64,000 bases of DNA from Amphiscolops sp. MND2022 (lineage: Eukaryota): assembly GCA_964187785.1 (NCBI GenBank), contig OZ076409.1, positions 91,762,001 through 91,826,000 of the forward strand, written 5' to 3'. Below the pieces are notes generated by a model. It was not told the origin of the DNA. It saw only the letters and a list, made by a program, of their open reading frames with translations, and did not search any database. Positions 1 through 12,500 of this stretch are shown in pieces; within the stretch, counting starts at the first letter, position 1; each line of letters opens with the position of its first letter. The position numbers and the translations under genes were made by a program.

Positions 1-36
1 CGAATCACTGTGTTCGACTTTTGAACAATCCGCCGT

Positions 37-238
37 AAGTATAAAACGTACTTCTGATATTTCCCCAATTCATCTAGTACCCCGCGGCCCCTTGGGACCG
101 CTTATGTTCCCATCTTGCTAAGCGAGGTCGAACAGGAGCAAAGACCTAGCGGTAACGGAGATCGCGAAGCGATCGTAGCGGGAGCTGGTCTTTGTGACTG
201 TGAGGGCGAGCGTGCATACACCGGATTTGCCCCACATT
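37..238. repeat. ~190-200 bp GC-rich multi-hairpin core repeat, copy 1 of 3
   Basis: Aligns by eye with 9104-9305 and 18876-19068 (shared AGCAAAGACC..GCTGGTCTTTG and GAGGGCGAGCGTGCATACACCG). Followed by an arm of ATTCGAACTT repeats at ~325-418; the left arm lies largely outside the window. Confidence 0.85.
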
Positions 239-610
239 AGAAAGGAAAAGTCTTGAACGTTTTCTGAGACATTTACGAAAGGTAATACTTTATTCTTGAC
301 ACACCGGATATGTCCGATTTGAAAATTCGAACTTGGTGTCTCGAAACTATTCCTATTCGAACTTATTCCACTAGTTTACATTCGAACTTAGTAAATCGAA
401 CTTATTGCCCGAAGCCCTCAATACATTTCTACTGCATCACAGCTTGTTATCAAAACTCAACTGAAAAGACTGCCAACAGCTGAAGGACAAAAATACAAAA
501 ATATCACAAAGGACTAAACTAAAATAAAAGGTTAGCTTCTCGAGTTTCTCGCACGACGCATACCAGCCTAAGTTTAGTCAATGAGTCCCCTCAACACACG
601 TGATTGACTG

Positions 611-1020
611 ATGTCTGCAAAAGACTGCTGTTTGACTTGTAAGGAGAACTTTCGAAACAACAAAAATTCGTGTGAGATCTTTGATTGTGGTTGCAGGCTG
701 CACCTCACAAAAAATTGTAATAACTTGGATGAGACTGCGTTTAAGGAGTTTTACTGCACTCGGAATCAACTGCCTATTGTTTCCAAACATAAACGTAAGT
801 GAAGATTCGATCAGATAACCATACCTTTATCAATTGAAAGTCAAAAAAGGACAAATTTGATGTCGGAATTTACTGAGGTTGTGGTTGCAGTGGTTGATAT
901 CGATGTCGACGACCCTCCACAACTCCTCTCCTGCACTAAGGCCTAACCACCATATCCAAATTGAATTTTCACGTCATTTTCTCAAGCCCGTAGATCAACT
1001 GTAAAAACCATTTAACGTTT
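611..1020 (+). pseudogene. Decayed LINE ORF1 (PHD-finger-like) and possible endonuclease remnant
   Basis: ORF 611-802 has a CxxC..C..C..H..C pattern (CLTC..CEIFDCGCRLHLTKNC) like the PHD at ~2935-3130; downstream sequence is broken. Confidence 0.4.
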
Positions 1021-1155
1021 TGCCTTTGAGAATCCAGACTTGGAACAGAATAATGACTTCATAAAAGTGAACCGATTCACTCTTCCGGTTCACTCCTCCT
1101 GTTCACTCCTCCTGTTTTCAGCTAATTTTCCTCCTAATTTTTTCAGCTAAAAATG

Positions 1156-1231
1156 TACACTCCAGCACGGGTTCGAACCAACGACCTCGTGTCTACCAGG
1201 GCGATGCACTACCACACGCGCTGTCGTGACT
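1156..1231 (-). repeat. tRNA-derived (SINE-head-like) sequence or tRNA pseudogene
   Basis: Minus strand has an A-box-like GACAGCGCGTGTGG and a perfect B box GGTTCGAACCC, followed by a T run; acceptor stem does not pair well. Confidence 0.55.
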
Positions 1232-2078
1232 AGGATTCAATAATTGGGGAAACAAAGTGGGGTTTTAGCAGAATTTGTAAAATAAAACGAAACACAAGTT
1301 ACGATTTTCCTCCCCCACTATGTGGGCGGAAAGTAACAAAACGAATCACCAAATGCTCCTAGCACCCTGTGTCACATGAAATACATTCCATCTTCTCAAA
1401 AAACTGGAGATGAAGGAATCACAACTCTCGCACATTTCCTACCTCCAAAGAATGGAACAAAGAATGCCCCTATACTGATCTCTCACACTACTTGCAGGAA
1501 GATCAATGTCAATTCGAGATTTTCTTTTTAAAAGAAGAGAAATTCTCAAAGCTTAGAGAATGTTTTTGAACCAGTCAAATTACCTGCACAGCGAAATTTG
1601 ACAATTAAACCAGAATCGCTTTTTTCAATCTGTTTTTTGAACTGCTTATCAACATATAATTGAGGAATCAACTTGCACAGACTCACGGGATTCTTGTTCA
1701 ACATCACTGAAAAGTACGATGCTCTAATCAATGTTTTTGTTGTTAAAGCGAAGAGCCATGATACAATCTTTGATGCGCTTCTGAGATACGATACTTATCC
1801 GACTCAAACGGTAAGTCTTTAAATTTACTTTCTCAGTCTTGTGATCGACAAATATGTCTTCTCGACAAAATGGAAAATCAACGAAATTGTTCCATTTTTC
1901 AAAGATGGAGAAAGGCAATGGGATAGGATCTGATTACGAACCTTTTAGCCGTTTTTCTACCGTTTCAAAGCTTCTTCAGGAGCTAATATACACACAATCA
2001 AATAGTGTTTTTCAGATAACTTGAAATCGAGGGTAGCCGTGGTGACACTAAAAAAGCAACCTCTCTATTACTACTGAT

Positions 2079-2668
2079 TTGCCATTAGGTATTGAAGTAG
2101 TAAATGAGACTCCACACGCTGAGGAAAGCCGACAGCAACTTTCTACTTATCTGAGACTCAAAAGTGCAGCAGAAGGGCCCCAGCTTTCGAAGCGAACTGA
2201 AGACCTTGAGACAGTTAAACTGAAGAGCGGAGTCCTCAACGTCCTATCCCTGCCAGGAGGCAAAATCAGAAACTGCTACGACTTCTTGCCACCCAAAAAG
2301 AAGTATTCAGTCATTATTCTATTTATTGGTGCCAACGATTGCTTCTACAAAGGTGGAGTGATATCAGATCGATCTGCGAAAGATATTGCCGAAGACTTGA
2401 GAGACCTTGCCAGCGTATTGAGCAATCGAGCAGAAACCTACGTCCTCGGCCTTCCACAGCGACACAACAAACCAAACAGAACAAAGGACGTCAACAAGCT
2501 CCTTCTAGAACTCAGCAAATCATCTGTCTGGAAGTTCAAAGGAGTTGGCCACACCTTGGCAAAAAGGACGTCTCAAGTGTTGACGAAATCCACCTCACAG
2601 AGGACTGCTTGAAAAATCTGAAAAGATTAATCAAAATTGAAATCCTGAAAAAAAGTTCTCTCTTGTGA
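2079..2668 (+). pseudogene. SGNH/GDSL esterase-like ORF (frameshifted), probably transposon-derived
   Basis: SLPGG (block II), IILFIGAND (block III) and, after a frameshift near 2555, VDEIHL (block V DxxH). The block I GDS motif is not visible. Confidence 0.7.
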
Positions 2669-2934
2669 AAGACAAGGAAGAAACCCAGCTCATCACCTGT
2701 GACGAGAAAAAGAATCCCAAGTGCATCTGTGGAAGCTACAAACCGTGTTGACAGGGTGAGTAACTTTAATTTTTCCAGTTTGCCGTTAGGTATTCTAGGA
2801 AACTTCTAGGTTGCCATTAGGTAGTCTAGAGAACAAACTCACTCTGCCACAACCCACACCCCTGAAAATCTGAAAAGACCCCATTTTCCGAGTTTCATCC
2901 CGACAATCCCTTGCAAGCCTGTCCCTTGAACAAC

Positions 2935-3860
2935 ATGGCCAACAAATCCCACGTGCGAGACACCAGTTCTACCTGCAACAAATAAGTCAAAAGACCGAAG
3001 TTTTCATGCTTTGCATGCAACAAAGTCCTTCACCTCACCCCTGAATGCACCCTGTTTGCCGAAGAAGACATCAAAGTCCTCATCAAACTTGATGAAAATC
3101 TTCTCCACATCTGCAACGATTGCAAGCCAAACCGAAATGATCTAGCATTTAGATGTGAACAAGAGCCCAAAACCAAAGTAGACGAACAATTAAACCGTCT
3201 TCAAGAACCAATGAAAGCCCAAGTTGAAAAGGTTGAAAGATCTAGTGATCTTATCGCTCACGTCCAAAACGATGTGAAAGCGATCAAAGAAAAACCATCC
3301 AGTTTCCGAGCAGCGGTAGGAAACGTGCAACCAGGAAGAACTGTCAACTCTTTCTCAGTTCCAAAAGTCACTCTTGGACTCCGTATTCGTGGTGTTCCTG
3401 AGAGGAAAGCGACAACCGATATAGCCCGAACGCAAGAAGATCTAACTGCTATTGAGAAAATCCCCACTCACCTGGAAATTGAAGACAGACAACTGGTGAA
3501 AGCAACTCGAATTGGAAAGTTCAACGCCCAGAAGGGAACTCGGACCATACTCATCAACACCGGAAACGCCTTGAGTAAAAGTCTGATTCTAAAATCAGCT
3601 GAAAAGCTGAAGGACTACAGGGAGCTGAAAGTATATATTATCCCCGAACTGTCAAAGGAAGATCTCGAAAAAGAAAACAATTGCCTCAAAGAAAGACGAA
3701 ATCTCATCGACCATAGTTTTGATGCAAAGGCCATTCGAATCCGAAATCTGACACTGGAAGTGCTTCAAAACAAGGAATGGATAGCCTTGCAAGGTAGTGA
3801 AGCTGTCAACAAACTTGTAACAGGTCAGCCAAACTCTAATGAGCAAAAGGACGAACATTT
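2935..3860 (+). mobile_element. LINE (CR1/L2-like) ORF1: PHD finger, coiled coil and RRM-like domain; truncated at 3' end
   Basis: CNK*..CFACNKVLHLTPEC..HICNDC PHD pattern upstream of ORF 3211 (one stop); LRIRGVPE, RIGK, PELSKE and IRIRNL motifs typical of LINE ORF1. Cut off at a T run by the repeat starting ~3860. Confidence 0.75.
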
Positions 3861-6800
3861 TTTCAGAAAACGATCGGAATACCCAGTGGGTATTTTTCTC
3901 AGTTCTTACTAATGAGGGTACACCTAGCAGCGTTAGCCACCTAGCAGAGTACATCATAGAAGTGGGACAATGCCTAGGGTGCTTAGACAGGAGACCGTTG
4001 TGTTACAACAGCCCTAGGCATTAGTTCTTAATCCCAAAATGGTCTCCTAAAAGGGACATTTCCAATTGTCTAAAGAGTCTCCTCTATTAAAGCTCCGAGG
4101 CAACGTGCCGGCGCTCTCAAAGTCCGGACACGTCCCACAAGACTGTGAAAACAATTCCTAATGCTCCTGTGTTTTTCTACATACCTCCGAGGTCCAAAAA
4201 CAGGGGTTTAGCTAAAGTACATTTAATTAGTGAACAACGTCTAAACTGGGTGAAATAAGGGGTAAAACATCGCCAAACATCTACAAAAACCACAAATATA
4301 GTACAACAGGCTGACGAAACATCAGGCGTCAGTGTCAGCGAGCCTTGGTCTTGGACCTACTAGGTGGCACATGGAAAATATGCAAACTTCTGAGTTTCTT
4401 CATCTCTTGGGCCATTCTTCGGGTTCTGCTGACAGCTGGGACGTCTTCCTAGTGAGATGGCACAACACGGCAATTTCGGGAATACTTCTATAGCAGTGTG
4501 TTCTCTGTCGGGCTGGGTGGGGGTGTCTTTGCACCATTTTCCATCATCCTTTTCAATTTCAGGTACCTGTCAGGTCGGCGACCTCGATTTAGAAATTTTG
4601 CTATTGCACATTTCATCGAATTTTTGTGACGTCTTTTGCTGGACGTTACATCCTCCCCGGCCCGTAGTTTGTCGTCCTCGACAAACAAGAGTGGATGTTC
4701 ACGTCTTGGTTGCCATCATCCAGTGATACTGTTGCAACAGCTTCAGGAATCTAAATGGAAGTCGTTGCCCAAAATGTCCTTGCCCAAAAAGTCATTGCCC
4801 AAAAAGATGAGTTTTTGCAACTAGCCTAGCAGGCTTCCTCAGATTCCGCACCAACAATGGGTTCTAGCACTGGAATAGCATTAGAAACTTTAGACACACA
4901 GCATTATATTCAAAACGTTTTCAGACTTTCAATTTCGCACCCAAAATTTCTAGCACTTAATTTTACTGCATCTGTATAAAAAGCACACATCACAACAGGA
5001 TTGGCATCAACCTCGGTGCAACTTGATAGATTAGGTTGGACAAAATACACGATAGCACTTGAAAAACAAAAAGTCAGAGTAACAGCTGTGGTCTTGCAAA
5101 AGTGTCGTAGTTCATGGCCAACAAGAACTGCACAATAAATTGCACCAATGGAAAAATAGATCCTAAAAAAATCAAAAATATCACCAAAAGTGAGGACCCA
5201 TTCAATCTATGGAGTTAGCAGTGTACGCTCAGATAAAAGTATTGTATAGGTAGCATAGGCACCAATGTATATGTAAAGTATGGAAATGAACTGCTTCTCA
5301 AGAGGATGGTTATGTCGGTAGCGATGATAGACTAGGACCAACGGAGGTTAAAATATCAGGTATGGTAGATCATTAAAACAATCAAAACAGTCTTTGGCAA
5401 TAAAAATGCGTTCCGGGGCAATCATGTGAGTTTTAAAAGCACAGCCGCTGGCCAAGCAGTTCTCAGAGCTTCGAAGCACCAGGTGTTTTATCATGCTTGG
5501 TGTTGGTTCCTCTCGGGAGAGTACAGGTACTCCCCGGGCCAATCTCTTGTCCGGTGTTTTCACATCGATATGGTTCACGCAACTGTAATACCGAGTACCG
5601 AGGTTCACCTTAGGCATGAATCGAGCAACGAAGATGGATATTTTGAGAAGCCTGCTTGGCTACAGACCTTAGATTGTCTGAAAAGTCGTTTCGTCACTCA
5701 TGCTGCCCTGTTTCTGGAGTGCACAAGTAAAAAGAAAAATGTCATGGAGGGACTACGGGTAGACCTTGGGGGTGAGTAGGACAAGAGACACTGAGTTTGA
5801 AGTGCTTTCTTGCCTTACGATCGTGGCACGATCAGAAGAAGCGTTCTTTTTCAACTGTGGTAGTAACTATAGCCTGTGTTGCTTTGTTTTGAGACGCACT
5901 GCGTACAAAGTCTAAACCTCTAAAAGTGCCTATAAACGCACTCCAGCACCCGTAGGGCCCGTAGGGCACTGAGTGTGCGTAATTGCAATGAATAGCTTGC
6001 ACTCAAGTGACTTTGATAGCTGTTGAGAGAGGAAACAATATTTTTGTGCTTTTCGCTACTATGTCTCGTAGACAGTTTCTCAACAAACCCAAGATCTTAG
6101 GGTTGACCTACCTCTATTCAAAGTGCTTCAATAGGACATGCTTTGGGTGCCTAGTGTAGGGCTAGGGTCGTTGGAGCCCTCACTTGCTACTACACCTACG
6201 AAAACTGTGTGACTTTTCGCAAAATTGCTCAAAATCGGCAATTTTTTTGCCAATGTGCACGCCTGGGAAAGGCGAAAATCACTTATAGAGCTAGTAGCGA
6301 CCTGAAAATTTAACACGGTGGTTTACTACTGTGGCCAAATTGTGGAAGGATTACTGCCGATTGCGTAGAAATTGACTCTGTGGTTGTTACGGTCACTCAA
6401 CAATATTCACAGAAAATTTGACTATGTCGTGAAAATCACAAAAAGTGGTCAAACTCGCCTTCTAGGCGTCCCAGCTACCTGAAAATTTGCCTGCGAGCGT
6501 AAATTGTACCCACGTAACAGAAAAACAATTTACCGGGGTGCTCAAGTCAATATTCTGCTATCCGAGTTGACAAAACTATGATGTACCATATGTGTCACTT
6601 TTTGGGGTCAAAGTTCACAAAACTGTCATTTTCTCCAAGTTGGACAGTAGCAAGCTGCTCAAAATGCACAAATCGTCGGGATCTAGTGCCATATGTACAC
6701 GAAAATGCAAGTATTTTAGTGCTAGGGTACCTCCGAAGGTATTGCACTATGCTCAACTAAAATTCAATTTTTTCAACAATTTCGTACACTTTTAGGGCAA

Positions 6801-8506
6801 AACTGCGGTTAAGTTTTCTCAATCACTAGTAATGCTTGCGCAAAGATAATTACACCACTAGCGTAACTTTTTGTGGTTCACACGATGGTGCAATCCGGTT
6901 TGGTCTGCTCCTACTAGGAGAGATTTCGACCTGCTCTGGGAGCACTACACCAATGTCCCGATATTGTCACTAAAATAGCACGTTTTTGGCTATTTCTCGG
7001 CAACCACTGGTTGGAAACACTCGCGGTTTTCTGCGTTAGCAACTTTGTACTCTTTACTATCAGAAAATAGGCAAGCGAAACCTGGTAGGTTCCAAACAAG
7101 GTCTGACAAAAATTTTTAAATTACACTTTTTACACTCTGGTAACAATGTGAAATATACGTATTTTCCTTAGGAACTTTTCTTTCTCAGTTCCCAGATGTT
7201 CGGGATAGTTCTAAGCGTAAGGTAACAAAGTGTAATAGTTTTATTCAGGGGACTGGGGTTGTTTCAATTATTAGTTTTGATGTTATAACTCTCAGGTCTA
7301 TGGGGTCCTCTACTCAGGTCTATGTATAACAAAAGAAAATCAGGGATTGAAGTTTCAATTTATATTGGGGGATGCTAAAATTCGTCTTGGCAGTAATGTT
7401 TCGTACCACCAAGCTTGGGAACAACTTTTTTGTGCCGCTCTAAAAGCTTGGGAACAAACGCTCAAGGCTTCGCCCTCGCCAATTTTGGTCTTCTAGGCCA
7501 AAATTGACGTTTCTTCAACAAAAATCGCTAAATTGTTCAATGTTTCAGCAATTTAGCCCAGCAAATTTTTCTGTTCCTGACCTAGCAGGTCTGATGGAAC
7601 GTTTTTTTGTTTTCCCACTGGCCGTACCCTCTTTTGAAAAATGTTGACTTGTGAAAGTAACCAAGTTGAAAATTGAGCTATATCAGATGTTATAGCTAGC
7701 TCGCTATATTTTTTCACAAAACAATCGGAATACCCAGTGGGTATTTTTCTCAGTTCTTACTAATAAGGGTACACCTAGCAGCGTCAGCCACCTAGCAGAG
7801 TACATCAAAGAAGTGTGACATTGCCTAGGGTGCTTAGACAGGAGACCGTTGTGTTACTACAGCCCTAGGCATTAGTTCTTAATCCCAAAATGGTCTCCTA
7901 AAAGGGACTTTTCCAATTGTCTAAGGAGTCTCCTCTATTAGAACTCCGAGGTAACGTGCCGGTGCTCTCAAAGTCCGGACACGTCCCACAAGCCTGTAAA
8001 AACAATTCCTAATGCTCCTGCGTGTTCCTACATACCTCCGAGGTCCAAAAACAGGGGTTTAGCCAAAGTACATTTAATTAGTGATTAACGTCTAAACTGG
8101 GTCAAATAAGGGTAAAAACATCGCCAAACATCTACAAAACCACGAATATAGTACAGCAGGCTGATGAAAGGTCAGGCGTCAGTGTCAGCGAGCCTTGGTC
8201 TTGGACCTACTAGGTGGCACATGCAAAATATGCAAACTTCTGAGTTTCTTCATCTCTTGGGCCATTCTTCGGGTTCTGTTGGCAGCTGGGAGGTCTTCCG
8301 TCCGAGGGAAATGGCACAACACGGCAATTTCGGGGATACTTCTATGGCGGTGTGTTCTCTCTCGGGCTGGGTGGGGGTGTCTTTGCACTATTTTCCATCA
8401 TCCTTTTCAATTTCCAGTACCGGTCAGGTCGGCCATCTTGATTTAGAAATTTTGCTATCGCACATTTCATCGAATTTTTGTGACGTCTTTTGCTGGACGT
8501 TACATC
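3860..8506. repeat. ~790-bp direct repeats (3860-4652 and 7711-8506) with ~3.85-kb period
   Basis: Both copies start TTTTCA(G/C)AAAAC(G/A)ATCGGAATACCCAGTGGGTATT and stay colinear to TGGACGTTACATC, with scattered substitutions. No TG..CA ends, PBS or recognisable protein between them. Confidence 0.85.
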
Positions 8507-8705
8507 ACTTTTCCTTTTTTCAGGTACGTATCTTGCAGCCTTTCGGTTGAAAACAACAGCATTGACTGTTATTGATTGTCTTTGATATTTATTCGACTGT
8601 CATTGGTTCGTTCTTGCACATGACGAAGTCAATCTGCATTGCAGTCCAGCTAAGTAAGCTTTTCTTCCACTAAATTCAACTTCATGATGAGCGCCTTTTA
8701 GAAAA

Positions 8706-8785
8706 AAGCCAAAACCTCAGAAAGATTTGAACCTGCAGCCTCCCGATTGCACGGCACAAGTGTTGACTACTGTGCCATAGGGACG
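8706..8785 (-). repeat. tRNA-derived (Ala-like) SINE head or tRNA pseudogene
   Basis: Minus strand TATGGCACAGTAG (A-box-like), TGC in the anticodon position, GGTTCAAATC B box, downstream T run. Confidence 0.45.
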
Positions 8786-8954
8786 TTATTGAACAAAGTT
8801 GAATTGTTGAATATAAACGCATGCGATTAAAATAATATATATACGCATAATAAAATAATCGATGTCTTCGTCATGTGTTGCGAAGCACCGCTTCGCCTCT
8901 GTGTGAATTCATTTGTTTTCTAGTAGTTCGTTCGGCGATATATAACCAAAAGGT

Positions 8955-9547
8955 TTGGTCGAAAATACTCAGGTCGAAATTGGTCGACAAGGAATTAGGT
9001 CGAAATTGAAGAGGGATAGTTTTTCGGTCGACAAAATTAGGTCGAATGTGTAAAACTTTGCGAAAATGATCGAAAATAATGCAAAGTATAAAATAATGAC
9101 GCAAAGTATAAAACGTGCCTCGGATATGTCCCCATTTCCTGTAGTGCCCCGCGGCCCCTTCGGGCCGCTGATGCTTTCATTTTGCTAAACGATGTCGAAC
9201 AAGAGCAAAGACCCAGCTGGTTCGGAGATCGGGAAGCAATCGTAGTGGGAGCTGGTCTTTGCGACAGTGAGGGCGAGCGTGCATACACCGGATTAGCTCC
9301 ACGTTTGTTTTTAGATCTTTTTCCTTTAGATCTTAGGAGCTCTCAGGATCTTGTGTGAAGGATGTCCAGTTTGTAGTAGTTACTGATCCAGTTTGTAGAA
9401 TTCAATGACCCAGTTTGTAAAAAAATTCTACAAACTCGTATTCTACAAACTGGACCATATTCTTTAGATCTTATTACTTTAGATCTCAGGCAGCGGATCT
9501 TAGAATTCTATTAACTGGTATTCTACAAACGATACATTTTTCAACCG
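8955..9547. mobile_element. Composite MITE-like region with core repeat copy 2 (9104-9305)
   Basis: Left arm of GGTCGAAA repeats, then the core, then TAGATCTT and CCAGTTTGTAG/CTACAAACTGG repeats. No TSD found. Confidence 0.6.
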
Positions 9548-12500
9548 TAGGCCTTGGAAGTACAGGGTTCTTTAGACGAGAGCAGTGAAATTTTCATCAC
9601 GCGTCTCTGTAAAATTCTCTGTTGTTCGCACGACGATCAACGAGCTGGCAGCTTTTTGCAGCAACGGATTTCAATGGCTCTTCAGTTCAGATCTGCAATG
9701 CGGCCTGTGTTCTAGGAGCGACAGAGATGCGTTCGAAGAAATTTATTACATATAGCTTATTTTTTTAAACCTCTATTTCACTACTACTACTACTAAAAGA
9801 CTTTAATTACCATACAATATACAGTGGTAAGACGAATTAAAGGTTCAGCAGGCAACAAATGTTACATGTGCATATTAAAAATTGGTTACATTTTGATAAT
9901 GTATTATAGCACGAAAGCAGATTAGAGGCTAAAACGTCAAGTTTCAATTTGAATGTCGATGTTGGTTCGAAGACTGATATTCCATGTACCTTTTCTAAGC
10001 GATTAGCCATGATACAGGCACGTATTCGGAATTGCTCATCAGTTTTATTTAACCGGGTTGCAGGTTTTTCAAAGAGACTCAGATCGTTTATTCGTAAATC
10101 ATAGGCTGAGGGCCGTTTGGTATTGATAATAGTTGAGACATCAACTTCATAGCGCTCATTGAGAATCTTGTTGAGGAACGTGAGGTCAGCCATCTGAAGT
10201 TGATACGAGATGGGAAACAGCTTCAAAGCTCTAATGCGTTGGTGATAACCTTTGATATCAAGTATCCATTGAGTTGCTCGTTTCTGAAACAATTCTAATT
10301 TGTCAAGCATTTTTTGACTGGGATACCATATCTGTGAATTATAGAGTAAATTCGACAGAAAATAAGATTTAAAAAGAACCATTTTAACTTGGGATCCAAC
10401 CGAAACTGGTAATTCACGTTTGAGCCGAATCAACTGGCTGTTCAGATGGCCCAGTTTTCTTTTTAAATGTTCATCCCAAGATAGTTCTGGTGTGAGATAG
10501 AGACCAAGATCCTTACAGACTTTAGATGTTGATAGTCTGAAATCATTAAACGATGTTTCCGCTTCGCAGTAGGGAACTGAGAAAAAGACTGTTTTGTCAG
10601 TATTGAACATCATTTCGTTCTTTGAGGCCCAGTGTACAAGGTTTTTTCCGTCTTGTTCTAGAGCTAAAATGTTGGTGTTTGATATTTTAGTATCGTCAGC
10701 AAACATTCTAAGATAACTCGGTTGAATTGAATCAGGGAGGTCGTTTATAAAAATGATAAAAACTATAAAACAGTAGCGGGCCCAAAATGGAGCCCTGGGG
10801 TACACCACTTATTATTGGCAGAGCTGAGGATAACAGACCGTGTATTTTCACACATTGGTATCTTTCGGATAAGTAAGACCTGAAGAATTGTAACAAATGT
10901 CCACAGACTCCGAAGCGATGGAGTTTTTCAAGCAGAATAGAATGGGAGACTTTGTCAAATGCCTTTGCAAAATTCACGTATAGTGTGTACATGATTTCTT
11001 TATTATCATTACAGCGGTATGCATCCATCACAAAGTCGAGAAGTTGTAAAGTAGTTGCTTTTCGTTTCATGAAACCAAACTGTTGAGACGATATTGCTTT
11101 TTTAACAAATTGATATAATTTATCGAACACTAAGCGCTCCAGAGCTAGAGAAAGCTTGCTGAGATTACTAATTGGACGATAGGAGGAAACACAATTTCGA
11201 TTTCCTTTTTTATAGAGCGGGGTAACATATGATTGTTTCCATTGTTTAGGAAAAATGCCAGTTTTTAAAATGTGGTTGAATAAAACGATCACATGAGGCG
11301 AAAGCTCATTTGCCAGGCATTGGAGGAGTTTACCGGGAATTTTGTCTGGACCGTTCCCACTACTTGCATTTTTCAATGCAGAGGAGACTTCTTCCTGGAT
11401 GAATTCCAAAGAATCAAGGCCGTTTTCAACAGGTTGCTTGATACTTTCTGTTTGCTGGATTTGTTATAAACTGAAACAAAATACGGATTGAACAAATTTG
11501 CAACTTGATCGTATCCACTGGCTGTGGCATCGTCCCATGTCACCTCCAGGGGAATGTCAGTACAATTTGACAGGCTTTTTATTAGCTTGTAGCACATGTT
11601 GAGACCAGTTTTGTTGTGAGATGTGAATGCCTCTAAGAAGACGACTGTATCTAATTCAAGTGAGATTGATAGCTTTTCTCGAAGACTGGATTCTACTCGA
11701 TTATTCATGTCCTTTCTCTTTTGTAGAGTTCGTAGCTGGTTCAATAGGTGGATGCTGTGGGACGAATAGTAAGGGGGATATTGTTGCCTGCGGGAACGTT
11801 TTTTAGGAATGAATTCATTAAGAATAGAGAAGAAATAAAAAAGCCAGTTTCGAATAAAAGTTTCATTCTGTGGAAGAACGTAAGAGAAGAAGTTTTGAGC
11901 GAAGGATAGACGAAGAGATTCAACATTTGCCTGAGAGAAACTGTATTGTTGTACTTTACCAGTGATAGGTGAGACAGATTTTAGCAAGGAAACATTGGTT
12001 GTCACACAGATACAACGATGATCGGAGAAACAATTGTTGTTCACTTCACGGATCTGGCTTTTATTTGTGTTTGTTAATCACTAAGTCCAAGAGGGAAGCT
12101 GATTTATGTGTGGGTTCATTAACAAGCTGCAGTAATGAATGTTTGAAGAGATAAGAGCAAAAATTGGAACCGTCATATTCGGGAGCGGTGAGACTTTCCC
12201 GATCTATATTCGGGTAGTTGAAATCTCCAAAAATCATCAATTGATCAAGGGTTTTTGCATGGCATCTCAACACATCAAAAACTTTCAGAATACATGCTTC
12301 TGTTAGCCTGTATGGGCTTTTCTCAGGTTGGTTGTAGAATACAGCTATTAGTATAGAGGAGGATATGGTGCTAACTCTACAAGCAGTAGCGAAATCAACA
12401 TTGAGGTTCATTTCTTTGCACATAAGATAGTTTTTGGCCAGAATAAGAACACCTCCATGGGAACCATATTAGCGGTCTGATCTTGCAACCACAACGTAAT

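Noticed and set aside
60..110. Helitron 3' end (hairpin then CTAG on the minus strand) for the core repeat
   Set aside because: Homology between the three copies continues well past the CTAG, so it is not a terminus.
3860..8506. LTR retrotransposon
   Set aside because: The direct repeats lack TG..CA ends, TSD, PBS, PPT and any gag/pol remnant.
9150..9200. Hammerhead ribozyme (CTGATG after a hairpin)
   Set aside because: CTGATGA is incomplete, is absent from the other two copies, and has no matching GAAA core.
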